Below are positions 54,569 to 64,000 of a DNA stretch of 64,000 nt, in pieces; position 1 is the first letter of the stretch, and each line of letters begins with the position of its first letter. Source of the DNA: an uncultured delta proteobacterium (GTDB taxonomy: Bacteria > Desulfobacterota > Binatia > UBA9968); NCBI GenBank assembly GCA_963847445.1, contig CAWJZV010000046.1:256001-320000 (forward strand), written 5' to 3'. Position numbers and translations under genes: made by a program. The notes under the pieces are model-generated. The model searched no databases. It was not told the DNA's origin and saw only the letters and a program-made list of their open reading frames with translations.

Positions 54569-55597
54569 ATGCGTGAAATGATGGAGCAGGTTATGCAATC
54601 CAACAAATTCATCAGGGTCTGTTTGTTGACAGCTATGGTTTTATTGTTTTCACGCGCGCAACTCCATGCGCAGCCGGCGCTTGAACGAATCAACGCGATC
54701 TATGCATCACTTGCCGGCGATCATGCCGCGCTTTACGTGGCCCAAGAGATGGGCTTGTTCCGCAAGTACGGTCTGGATGTCAATCTCAGCTACACCGCGG
54801 GAGCGGCGCAGGTGATTCAGACCATGATGGCCGGCGAGAATCAGATCGCGACGGCTGGCGGCAGCGGCGTGGTCGACGCCGATTTCGCCGGCGCGGATCT
54901 GGTCGCGGTGGCGGGCATGGTGAACATGCCCGCCTTCTATATCGTCGTTCAACCTGAGATTAAATCGATTCAAGATTTGCGCGGCAAACCGGTGGGCGTC
55001 ACCCGCTTCGGCTCGTCCACCGATTTCACCATGCGCTATATTCTGAAGAAGGCCGGTCTCGAGCCCGACAAAGATGTGCCGTTGCTACAAATGGGCGGCC
55101 AGCCGGAACTCGCGGTGGGAATGGAAGCGCGGCGGATATTTGCCGCGCCGATGACGCCGCCGGCGCTGCAAAAGACGCTCAAGGCGGGAGCGAGGATCCA
55201 GATTCCACCGAAAACTATCGGTCTCAGTTTTCCTCACGTCGGCATCGTCGTGCGCAAAACTTATCTCACCGCGCACCGTCAGGTCGTGAAGAATTTCATT
55301 TCCGGCTATTCCGAGGGCGTCGCCATGCTGCAAAAAGACAAGGAGGGGAGCAAGAAAGCGATCGCAAAGTTTCTCCAGACCACCGACCCCGAGGTCCTCG
55401 AAGCGAGTTGGCAGTTCGGCGTCGACGTCATCGAACGCATCCCCAATCTCGATCCCGAAATGTTCAAGCTCGTCCTCGAAGAGCGCGCGCAAACCCGCCC
55501 GGAAGCCAAGAAATTTAAACCCGAGCAGTTTTTCGACGACAGTGTGGTGAAGGAGTTAGAGAAGGAAGGGTTTTTCAAGAAGATCTTTGCGCGGTGA
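54569..55597 (+). CDS. ABC substrate-binding protein (NMT1/SsuA-like)
   Basis: GLFRKYGLDV, DLRGKPVGVTRFGSSTDF, GLEPDKDV. Confidence 0.92.
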   Translation: MREMMEQVMQSNKFIRVCLLTAMVLLFSRAQLHAQPALERINAIYASLAGDHAALYVAQEMGLFRKYGLDVNLSYTAGAAQVIQTMMAGENQIATAGGSGVVDADFAGADLVAVAGMVNMPAFYIVVQPEIKSIQDLRGKPVGVTRFGSSTDFTMRYILKKAGLEPDKDVPLLQMGGQPELAVGMEARRIFAAPMTPPALQKTLKAGARIQIPPKTIGLSFPHVGIVVRKTYLTAHRQVVKNFISGYSEGVAMLQKDKEGSKKAIAKFLQTTDPEVLEASWQFGVDVIERIPNLDPEMFKLVLEERAQTRPEAKKFKPEQFFDDSVVKELEKEGFFKKIFAR

Positions 55598-55658
55598 AAC
55601 GGAGATTCAGCAAAGTGTCGGCCTCGTAAGATAGCTCTTGCCAACGAAGAGATTTGCT

Positions 55659-56765
55659 ATGGCATACTACATAGATCTTTTCTCACCCGAGACTTACGAA
55701 GCGTTCAAGCGCTCGCCACGCGATATCTCGGGTTTTCGAATACGCCACAAGGGGATGGCCGAACGAATTAAGTCGGGGGACCTATTGGTTTGTTATATGA
55801 CTCGGCTCTCGCGATGGTTTGGCGCGCTCGAAGTTACTGAGGGTCCATTTATAGACGATAAGCCGATCTTTGTTCCAGAAAACGATCCATTCGTCGTGCG
55901 ATTCCGGGTGCTCACATTGGTATGGCTAGACGTAGACAGGGCTATTCCGATTCATGATGACGAAATCTGGAATGGTCTCTCGTTCACACGAGGTCTGGAA
56001 CATGGTTCCACTGCTTGGACTGGGAAAGTTCGAGGTAGTTTAGTCCGCCTCGAAGATCGTGATGGACAGTTCCTAACGCGAAAAACTTCAAGCTCAAACC
56101 GTGCAAGGGAAGACGTACGCGGTCACCGAGGATGATGCGCGAAAGCTGGCTACGCACACAGTTAACCGTCCAGACAAAGTCGTAACTGTGTCAGTACCGG
56201 AAGATTATGGTTCCGCGGAGGATTTCGAACCTCAAGAGGAAATCACAACTCGGGAGTCGACCAGAATCCAAGCTCTAATTGCGAGCATCGGCGCTCAAAT
56301 GGGTTTAGCCATTTGGCTGCCGCGAGCGGATCGTGGTGCTGTGTTGAGAGAGTGGAAAAGCGAATCGCACAACCTGCTTGCTCGCCTTCCGTTAAATTAT
56401 GACGACACAACTCTTCGCACGATTGAGCAGATCGACGTAATTTGGTTGCGCGGACGCTCGATTGTCAGAGCTTTCGAAGTGGAACATACGACATGCAGTC
56501 TACTCGCGGCATACTACGCATGGCTGATCTCCTGGCGCTGCAACCAAATATGGACATTAGACTTCACATTGTGGCGCCGGTCTCCAAACGCGATAAAGTC
56601 TTCTCGGAGATTCGACGCCCAGTTTTTTCATTACTTGAAAGAGGCCCGCTTGCGGACAGTTGCACGTATCTGTCGTACGATAGTCTTCGCGAGCTTGCAG
56701 CCGACAAGCACCTCGCACATCTTTCGGATAGCGTACTTGATGAATATGCGGAAGAGGCTGAGTAA
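55659..56765 (+). CDS. EVE-domain protein with a C-terminal PD-(D/E)XK-like nuclease domain; frameshifted
   Basis: N-terminal IKSGDLLVCYMT..G.LEV..PF.D (EVE/PUA-like); C-terminal IDVIWL..AFEVEHTT..GILRMADL; visibly lower GC than the flanks. Confidence 0.75.
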
Positions 56766-56929
56766 GGCCGAATGATAAAAGGTAATGACACGAGGGGCAG
56801 AAATCCCATCGGGCCCAGATCTGGAAATTAAGCATGCCTGTAGGGGTTTGGACTAGAACTCTACGAAAATCCCTGCGCCAATAACAGCGCATGAATCCCA
56901 TTTGAATATCTCTGCGAAGTAAACTGTAA

Positions 56930-56976
56930 GCCGGGCATGCGGTCGCGTTTTTCAGGGCGCGACCGCATGCTCCGGC
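56930..56976. terminator. strong hairpin between convergent genes
   Basis: gccgggcatgcggtcgcg..cgcgaccgcatgctccggc. Confidence 0.7.
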
Positions 56977-57007
56977 CTGACAATCGATCTCACTCGTGAG
57001 GCGAATT

Positions 57008-57298
57008 CTACTTCACTTCGTAACGCTTGACGGTGGCGCGCCCGCCTTGCAGGCCGCGGGAGTGTTTCTGAATCTCCGTGTGGGCTTCGCTTTTTCGATA
57101 CTTGTCGATGCTCGCCTGACTGTCCCACTCGGAATAGGAGATGAATTCGCCGCGCTCATCGGCGCATTCCAATAGTTTTTCGGACAGACATCCCGGTTGC
57201 TTGATCATGAGAGGGGCGCAGTGGTTTTTCCACAGGCTGATCGCTTGCGAAACCTGATCCGGCTTTACGGTAACGAAAATCATTCTGACAATCGACAT
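57008..57298 (-). CDS. antibiotic biosynthesis monooxygenase (ABM) family protein
   Basis: KQPGCLS..FISYSEWDSQ..YRKSEAH; AGGAGG RBS. Confidence 0.88.
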   Translation of the reverse strand: MSIVRMIFVTVKPDQVSQAISLWKNHCAPLMIKQPGCLSEKLLECADERGEFISYSEWDSQASIDKYRKSEAHTEIQKHSRGLQGGRATVKRYEVK

Positions 57299-57663
57299 AA
57301 TGACCTCCTTGTCAATAAATCAAAGCCAAGACACTTACTTGCTGGAAGATTGTGCGGCGAATTACCTGGTCAGTAGCTTAATGAGCACAACCCTCTTTTG
57401 TCCCTCCTTTCGAATCTACTCTTTAAATTACCATCTATCACAAGATAGGGAAGAACCATATTAATTTTACCAGCAACATTGTCGGCTGGACAATTGTCCT
57501 GGCAGACAACGATTTGCAATCGTGGTAATCAAAACTGTGGAAGTCGCCTGAAGCACGGAAATACTCGCGCGAAGGTTTCAAGGACTGCCCAGCGATTGTG
57601 GACTTCTAATTAGATTCTCGGCGGCATTGGCGGTGTCACGCAAACGGATCAAAAGGAGGGAAT

Positions 57664-58029
57664 ATGTCGATCAAGCTGAATCACACGATTGTGCCGGCAA
57701 AGGATAAAGAGGCGGCGGCGAGTTTCTTCGCGCAGATTTTTGGCCTCAAGTACGATGGGCCGATGGGTCATTTTGCGCCGGTAAGGGTTAACGAGGAGTT
57801 GACGCTGGACTTCGATAACGCCGAGTCGTTCGAGCCGCACCATTATGCATTTCACGTCAGCGATGAGGAATTTGACGCGATCTTTCAGCGTATTCAGAAA
57901 GCCGGTATTACCTGGGGCAGCGAGCCGCGGAGTCCGACGAATCGCCAATTGAATACTCGCAAGGGCGGGCGCGGAATTTACTTTCATGGTTCCGACGGCC
58001 ACTTGCTCGAACTACTCACACGCGCTTAA
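57664..58029 (+). CDS. VOC family protein
   Basis: LNHTIVPAKDK..HYAFHVSDEEFD..GGRGIYF..DGHLLELLT. Confidence 0.92.
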   Translation: MSIKLNHTIVPAKDKEAAASFFAQIFGLKYDGPMGHFAPVRVNEELTLDFDNAESFEPHHYAFHVSDEEFDAIFQRIQKAGITWGSEPRSPTNRQLNTRKGGRGIYFHGSDGHLLELLTRA

Positions 58030-58145
58030 CGACGGGGTTTGATCAGAACAGATAACAAGATCGGGCTTTGCTTCCAGGTATTATCGTAACGCAGCTTGGC
58101 GATCAGATCTCGACAGGCGCCCGTTCCGTTTAGCTGCCCCAGAAT

Positions 58146-58186
58146 GACGCGGGGGCGCGAGGTTGGCGTCCTCGTGCCCCCGCGTT
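58146..58186. terminator. hairpin between convergent genes
   Basis: acgcgggggcgcgagg..cctcgtgcccccgcgt. Confidence 0.65.
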
Positions 58187-58223
58187 TGGGCTATCGTGCT
58201 AATGCGGTGATGATCGAGCAGAA

Positions 58224-59821
58224 TTACTGGCCGCGCGTCGCCGGATCGACGCCGGCGAATTTCAAAAAGTCGATCATGCGAAAACTCTCCGGCGTGCCGC
58301 CAAAGGTTGGCAGCGTGGGCAGCCAATTGCGCTGCGAGTTGAGATAGGAATCGTCATCGAGTTGGAGCAAGCCGATGAATACCTCGGCGACAATGCGTCC
58401 GCCGACCGGACCCAGGCGCAGGCCGTCTTCCATCAGTTCCGCTTCTTTCAGGATGTAGTAGAAGAGCGGCGTCGACTCGACGAAGCTCGGCAAGATCGCC
58501 TTCAACTCGCCCAGATCGCTGTTGCTCAACTGCGGCACTCCCATGGCTTTGGCGATCGCCTGGCCCGACGGCACCTCCCAGGTCAAGGTGCGCAGGAGAT
58601 TGCGCGTCATCAGCGATGTGGGTGGTGTGCCGCTGAAAATCGTTTGCAGCGGTAGGTTGAACAGCGGCGTCGAGATCTTGGTGTCGATCCGTTTATTCGG
58701 ACGGACATCGGCTTCGAATCCAGGAAAATTAAAAAATGTTTGCCAGCCGATGAACCGCCGCGGTGCGCGCGCGCCGCCGCGTAGATCGATGGGATCGGCC
58801 TGGCCTTGACCCGCGGGCTCGAAGACCATGCCGAAGAACGGCTTACCGTTGTCGCCCGCTAGATTGGCGCGGTAGGACGGCCGGATCATGCTGTGACCGA
58901 AACGATAACCGATCTGAAACTCCACTGGAATGAACGCCTCTTCGCGCGGGCGGTAATACTTTCGACCGCCTTTCAACACCGTGTCGACCATGGGTTGACC
59001 GACGAACGACGGGTAAAAACTCGTGCAAGTATCATCCACTGGTAATGCCAAATGGCGAGGCGGCGCGCCCGGTGAAAAGCGTTGTAGTTATTGATTCTCG
59101 GATGCTGTGCGCGCACCAGATCGACGGCGTTGTTGTGAAATTTTAACAATGCCGCCTGGAGGCCTGAAATTATCATATTCTCGTCGTTGCGGGGATCGGC
59201 AATGATCGCCGCGTTGGTCGTGGGATTGCGCGGCAGGTCCTCGAATAGCCCGCTGTTCTCGACCAGAAACTTGATCCGGTCGTCGGTACGATACAATCTC
59301 GGCGAGTCGGCCGGCCCGCCGCCATAGACCGAGTCGAGGTCGAAGATCGGAATACGCGCGTTTGGGGATCTTCTAGGGATGGCTGGAATTCCCAAACGAG
59401 TCGTCTGGTCAAAGGTCATGTCATGGTCGAGAAATTGCCCCATGAAGGTCGTGCCGGCGGTATGCTCCGGGTTGTTACGGTTGCCGTTACTCAGAGTTAA
59501 ATCGGTGATCAGCAGGATCGGTCCCTTGGCAAGGTCGTCCTTGGCGTCGAGGATGCCGCCAGGCTTGCCGAGTTCGGTCAGCGCGGCGCGCACTGTGTCC
59601 GTGGCTGCGGCGAATGGCGCGAGCCGAAACATTCTACCGAAGTTGTCGCCTTCCGAATGTTCTGGTCGCCGTCCCCGTTCTTCGTCTTCAGCTGCCCTTC
59701 CTGATGGTACTCCTAGGGCAGTAAGAGCCCAGGCACTTGCCGCTCCCGTGCCGACTTTTTTCAGGAACTGCCGGCGGCCGAGATCGACCCTCGCGACGTG
59801 TTTTAGTTTTTGTTTGTTCAT
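58224..59821 (-). CDS. Tat-exported heme peroxidase (peroxidase-cyclooxygenase / animal-type family); one frameshift
   Basis: GRRQFLK, FMGQFLDHDMTFD, DLDSVYG, ADPRNDEN, WHYQW, PVEF..YRFGHSMIR, TPLFYYILKEAE, LGPVGGRIVAE. Confidence 0.92.
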
Positions 59822-59951
59822 AAATTTCTCTCCTCTTCTTGTGTAGTCAAACTTCTACGGCTCCGACGCGGCCCATCGTCGGCGGGATCGAGTTCGTTGT
59901 ACGTTCGCACTGCCCGGATATTGATTGTTTGCGGAGTTCGAGCGAAAGAGC

Positions 59952-59967
59952 AGCAATTAGTCGGCCA
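59952..59967 (-). promoter_or_regulatory. sigma54 -24/-12 promoter TGGCCGACTAATTGCT
   Basis: TGGC-N7-TTGCT with GG-N10-GC spacing, about 130 bp upstream of the peroxidase start. Confidence 0.65.
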
Positions 59968-60243
59968 TTGGCGCGGTTGTTTATTCCGCAACGGACTAAA
60001 ACTATCGATGCGCTAAAAGCGTAGAAATTGACGCGCGGTCGTATAAACTGGGAAAAAATTTGTCTTGGCGCGCAGCGCAGCGGCGCCTGATCGAACGCGG
60101 CAACGGACAATATTGTTTGTCGTCAACTCAGAATGAGCAGAGAGCGCCGATTACAAAGTTCGCAGCCGTGCTCGACATCCCATCGCTTCTTGTTATATGG
60201 AATGCGTATTATTAATTTTGAAAGGAAACCCGGAGTTCGACTT

Positions 60244-61246
60244 ATGATGATTCACAAGATCTGCGCATGTTTTTGTCTGTCAATGATGTTGTTGTTGAGT
60301 GCCCGCGCCGAGTCACAGGAGAAAAAACTCGACCGTTCTGCGTGTCGGCGGCGGTTCGGCGTCGGCGGCGCAGATGACGATCTGGTTCGCTAAAGAAGCC
60401 GGTTTCTATGAGAAGCATGGGCTCAATGTCGAGGTGATTAGCATTCCGGGTAGTTCGCTGGCGATACAAGCGATGTTGTCGGGGGAGTTGCCGATCATTC
60501 AAGCCGGCGGCGCCGGCCCGATTCAAGCCGCGCTTTCGGGAACCGACACGGTGATTCTTGCGACCATCGTGAAAAAATTTAACTGGTGGATTTTCGGCCA
60601 ACCGAATATCGCGCGAGTGGAGGACTTGAAGGGCAAGATTTTTGGCGTGACCCGCTTCGGCACCCAGTCCGATCTGGCGTCGCGCATTGCTCTACGCAAG
60701 GCCGGGCTCGAGCCGGAGCGGGATGTGACGATGATTCAAACCGGCGGGCCGGCGGAAACCGTAACCGCCATGGCTGCGGGCCGGGTCAACGCGGCGGCGA
60801 TCAGCCCGCCGGCGACGCTGCAAGCGAAGCGATTGAAGCTCAAGGATTTGATGGATCTGACCACCCTCGATGTCGAATATCACGTCAATGGCGTGGTGAC
60901 GACGCGGCGCTACTTGAAGGCCAACGAAGATATCGCCCGGCGTTTTCTGCGCGCCTATACCGAAGGCGCGGTGCGCGGCATGAAAGACAAGGCCTTCGCG
61001 ATCAAGACCATGGGCAAGTATTTTCGCACCGACGACAAAGAGGTGCTCGACGAAACCTACGAGCTCAGCATCAAGAACGGGTTCACCGTGCCGCCGTACC
61101 CGGCGGGCATTCCCGGTCTCTTGCAAGATTTGGAACGAACTATGCCCAAAGCCAAAACCGCCAAGCCTGAGGAGTTTATCGACAATCGCTTGGTGCGCGA
61201 AATGGATCAGAGCGGCTTCGTGAAGTCGCTGCTGGCGGCGAAGTGA
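60244..61246 (+). CDS. ABC substrate-binding protein (NMT1/SsuA-like); 5' frameshift
   Basis: GFYEKHGLNVEVI, DLKGKIFGVTRFGTQSD, GLEPERDV. Confidence 0.9.
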
Positions 61247-61267
61247 GGCCGAGCATTGGGAAAATCA

Positions 61268-61405
61268 TCCCGCAAAGGCTAAGTGACAGGTTAGAGGCCT
61301 GTCATCCCGAGCGAATGCGAGGGATCTAAGATGGATTTCTCCCTATCGGTCGAAATGACATAGCCCTTATTTTCCTTTGCGCCCTTAGCGTGCTTGGCGC
61401 GAGAT
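61268..61405. repeat. composite nested palindrome (CGCAAAG/CTTTGCG arms around a TGTCAT..ATGACA element)
   Basis: cgcaaaggctaag [tgtcatcccgagcgaatgcgagggatct..gtcgaaatgaca] ctttgcgcccttagcgtgcttggcg. Confidence 0.75.
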
Positions 61406-61478
61406 ATTCCGAATCTCGGTTGCCGCGGGGCCCGGGTAACCGTTCGTAGTGAATTCAAATCCTCTGTAGGAGCAGTCG

Positions 61479-62453
61479 ATGGCGCTATCCACTGACGATA
61501 AATTTCGCGTGACGCTACTCGGCACCGGCGCGCCGCCGCCGCGCTTGGATCGTTTTGGGCCGAGCACATTGGTCGAAGTCGGCAAGCAGAACTTTATTTT
61601 CGACGCCGGTCGCGGGGCGATGCAGCGGCTCCATCAATTGGCCATTCCGTTTAGCGATATCACCGGGCTTTTTCTCACCCATCATCACTCGGATCATGTC
61701 GTCGGCTTTCCCGATCTCTGGCTCACCGGCTGGATCGGCCGGCCCTGGGGGCAGCGGGCGCAGCCGTTACCGGTTTACGGTCCCGAAGGAACGCGGCAGA
61801 TGATGGAGCACCTGCCGCTGGCGTTTCATGTCGATATTCGCGTGCGCAGCCGGAGCTATCCGCCGGACGGCGTTAAACTGGACGCCCGCGAGATCCGCCA
61901 AGGCGTGGTGTTCGACCATGACGGCGTCAAGGTCAGTGCGTTCGAGGTCGATCATGGCGGCGAAGAGTTGCCGGCCTATGGTTACCGCATCGATTACCAA
62001 GGGCGCTCGGCGGTGCTGTCGGGCGACACCACGTTCAACGAAAACTTAATTCACCACGCTCAGGGTGTCGACTTGTTGGTGCACGAGGTGACCGCGGCGG
62101 CCGGCAGCGCGGCGGAGAATCCGCAGCAACTAAAACGGATCGGCGCCAACCACACGACGCCGGAGCAGGCCGGTGAGGTATTCGCGCGGGTGCGGCCGAA
62201 GCTGGCGGTTTACAATCATCTGTTGCTGTTCGGCAGCGCACAGCCCGAAGATTTGATCCCGGCGACGCGAAAAAAATATGACGGACCGTTGATCGTCGGA
62301 TCGGACTTGCTGCAGATCGAGATCGGCAGCGAGATTCTCAGCAGACCGTTCCGGCCCAAGATTTGGTCAGTGAGGACGGCAGCGGCGCCAGTTTTCCGGA
62401 GATGCGAGTCCGGTGCACGCAGGAAATGCCGGACATTGCCTCACAGCTGTTGA
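61479..62453 (+). CDS. MBL-fold hydrolase, RNase Z/arylsulfatase-like
   Basis: LLGTG, FDAGRG, THHHSDH, VDHG, SGDT, LLVHE, NHTTP. Confidence 0.9.
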   Translation: MALSTDDKFRVTLLGTGAPPPRLDRFGPSTLVEVGKQNFIFDAGRGAMQRLHQLAIPFSDITGLFLTHHHSDHVVGFPDLWLTGWIGRPWGQRAQPLPVYGPEGTRQMMEHLPLAFHVDIRVRSRSYPPDGVKLDAREIRQGVVFDHDGVKVSAFEVDHGGEELPAYGYRIDYQGRSAVLSGDTTFNENLIHHAQGVDLLVHEVTAAAGSAAENPQQLKRIGANHTTPEQAGEVFARVRPKLAVYNHLLLFGSAQPEDLIPATRKKYDGPLIVGSDLLQIEIGSEILSRPFRPKIWSVRTAAAPVFRRCESGARRKCRTLPHSC

Positions 62454-62501
62454 CTAGCGGTGAGTTGCTGGGATAACCCAATCTAAGGAAATATCGATCG
62501 A

Positions 62502-63497
62502 ATGAAAGCAATTGTTAAATGGCTAATTTGCTTGGGCTGGTTTGCGCTGGCGTCGATCGCGTCTGCCGCCGCGCTCCTCGAGCCGGTCACCATCGGCTAC
62601 TCGACTTTTTCCGGCGCCTACCTGCCGCTATGGATTGCTATTGAAGAACGATTGGGCGCTAAATACGGTCTCGATATGCGGGCGATCTATGCCGGCCGAA
62701 TCAGACCGCAACAGCTCCTGGCAAGCAATGAAGTGCCGTTTGTCATGGCTTCAGGCACCGGCGCTCTCACTTCGCATATTCTCGGCGTCAAGGACCAAGC
62801 GATCATCTTGGTGACGATCAACAAGGTCAATTCGGCGATTTTCAGCAGACCGGAGATCAAGCGGGCCGAGGATCTGCGCGGTAAAACCATCGCCACCGGC
62901 CGCCCCGGCGCCTTCGGCGATACCATGGTGCGCTATGTTTTGCGGGCCAAGCTTGGGCTCGTGCCGGATCGCGACGTGAAGATGCTGCCGATGGGCGAAG
63001 CGCAGTTGGCTTTCCCTGCGCTGGAACGCGGCGTCGTCCAGGCGGCGTCGTTGACCATGCCGTTTACCTTGATCGCCAAGAAAATGGGCTACCGGGAGTT
63101 GATCGACTACGACCAAGCAGGGGTCGTTTATCCGTACAACACAGTCACCGTGCTGCGCCAGACGGTGGTGAAAAATCCCGATCTAACCGAGCGCGTTCTA
63201 AAAACGCTCATCGATGGAAGTCATATCGCCAAGACCGAGCGGGAGAAAAGTTTGGCGGTGATGAAGAAATACATGCGCGGAACCAGCGACGATATCTTGG
63301 AAGAAACCTATCGCTACACTAAGAGCGTAAGCGAAGAGGTGCCGACGCCGTCGTTAGAAATCATCAAGGCGGCGCTGGAAATTCTCTCCTATGAATACCC
63401 CAAAGCGAAAGACACCGATGCCAACCTGATCATTGACACCACGATCATGAAACGCATCGAGCAGAGCGGCTTTATCAAAGCCTTGTATAGAAAATGA
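62502..63497 (+). CDS. ABC substrate-binding protein (NMT1/SsuA-like)
   Basis: Signal peptide; LPLWIA..KYGLD, DLRGKTIATGRPG, GLVPDRDV. Confidence 0.92.
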   Translation: MKAIVKWLICLGWFALASIASAAALLEPVTIGYSTFSGAYLPLWIAIEERLGAKYGLDMRAIYAGRIRPQQLLASNEVPFVMASGTGALTSHILGVKDQAIILVTINKVNSAIFSRPEIKRAEDLRGKTIATGRPGAFGDTMVRYVLRAKLGLVPDRDVKMLPMGEAQLAFPALERGVVQAASLTMPFTLIAKKMGYRELIDYDQAGVVYPYNTVTVLRQTVVKNPDLTERVLKTLIDGSHIAKTEREKSLAVMKKYMRGTSDDILEETYRYTKSVSEEVPTPSLEIIKAALEILSYEYPKAKDTDANLIIDTTIMKRIEQSGFIKALYRK

Positions 63498-63565
63498 AAG
63501 CTTGGAGTGGTGCTAGACTTCGATAAGCGTGTGCCACAACGCCTACGATCGATGTAACCGATAAA

Positions 63566-64000
63566 ATGCTTCGACTTCGCTACAGCGCAATCTATTCAAC
63601 TTTCGCCCTCGCTTTTTATCTGCTCCTTGGTGGGCCCGCTAATGCGGCTTCCGCGCCTTCGAAGATTTTCTTTGCCTACGGAACTCTGAGTGCGCGGCTG
63701 GTTCCTTTCTGGATTGCCGAGGAACAGGGATTCTTCAAAAAGTACGGCGTCCCGGCCGAGCTCGTATTCGTGCGCGGCGCGTCCACGCTCATGGCTGCGC
63801 TGGCTTCGGGAGACGTGCCGATCGGAGTGACCGGCGGAACTCCGGCGCTCGGAGGTGCGGCGGCGGGCGCTGATCTCACGATCGTCGCCAACGTTGCCAA
63901 TCGCGTTAACGTCGAAGTGATGGTGCGACCGGGGACGAAGAGCGTCAACGATTTGCGCGGTAAGCGCTTCGGCTTGCAAAGTTTCGGCGGCACCACTTGG
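63566..64000 (+). CDS. ABC substrate-binding protein (NMT1/SsuA-like), runs off the window end
   Basis: MLRLRYSAIY..PFWIAEEQGFFKKYGVPAELVFVRG..DLRGKRFG. Confidence 0.88.
   Translation, partial: MLRLRYSAIYSTFALAFYLLLGGPANAASAPSKIFFAYGTLSARLVPFWIAEEQGFFKKYGVPAELVFVRGASTLMAALASGDVPIGVTGGTPALGGAAAGADLTIVANVANRVNVEVMVRPGTKSVNDLRGKRFGLQSFGGTTW

Noticed and set aside
1-64000. Mass pseudogenisation or programmed frameshifting
   Set aside because: Single-base indels affect many genes of all functional types while catalytic motifs stay intact; long-read consensus error is the simpler explanation.

Overview
GC-rich bacterial chromosome segment. Its style (about ten orphan NMT1/TctC-type solute-binding proteins, CoA-transferases, VOC proteins, dense intergenic palindromes) suggests Candidatus Binatia/Deltaproteobacteria; this is inference only. 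Many genes are split by single-base indels, most likely long-read assembly errors, so coordinates of split genes are approximate. Layout: (1) 1-18 kb, an apparent two-tier stress regulon. A MEDS-GAF-GAF sigma54 activator faces a sigma54 promoter in front of STAS / ECF sigma / zf-HC2 anti-sigma, and seven copies of an ECF-type motif (consensus GCAACC-N16-C[A/G]TCTAA) precede the local genes: gluconolactonases, HbpS/GlcG proteins, a DM13-like protein, glucose dehydrogenase, an aquaporin, two related small proteins, and an operon of a UGA-containing (probable selenocysteine, UxxC) redoxin with msrP-msrQ. (2) 18-25 kb, housekeeping genes (mtgA, mutY, EamA, MFS, MscS). (3) 25.8-40 kb, a giant secreted adhesin-Rhs protein with a hydrophobic C-terminal tip, a rhodanese, and a wHTH-ATPase-TPR regulator with 11-bp phased boxes. 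(4) 40-64 kb, catabolic and uptake genes, an orphan Phd/YefM antitoxin, an EVE-PD-(D/E)XK candidate defence nuclease, and a Tat-exported heme peroxidase with its own sigma54 promoter. No rRNA, tRNA, CRISPR array or transposase was seen.
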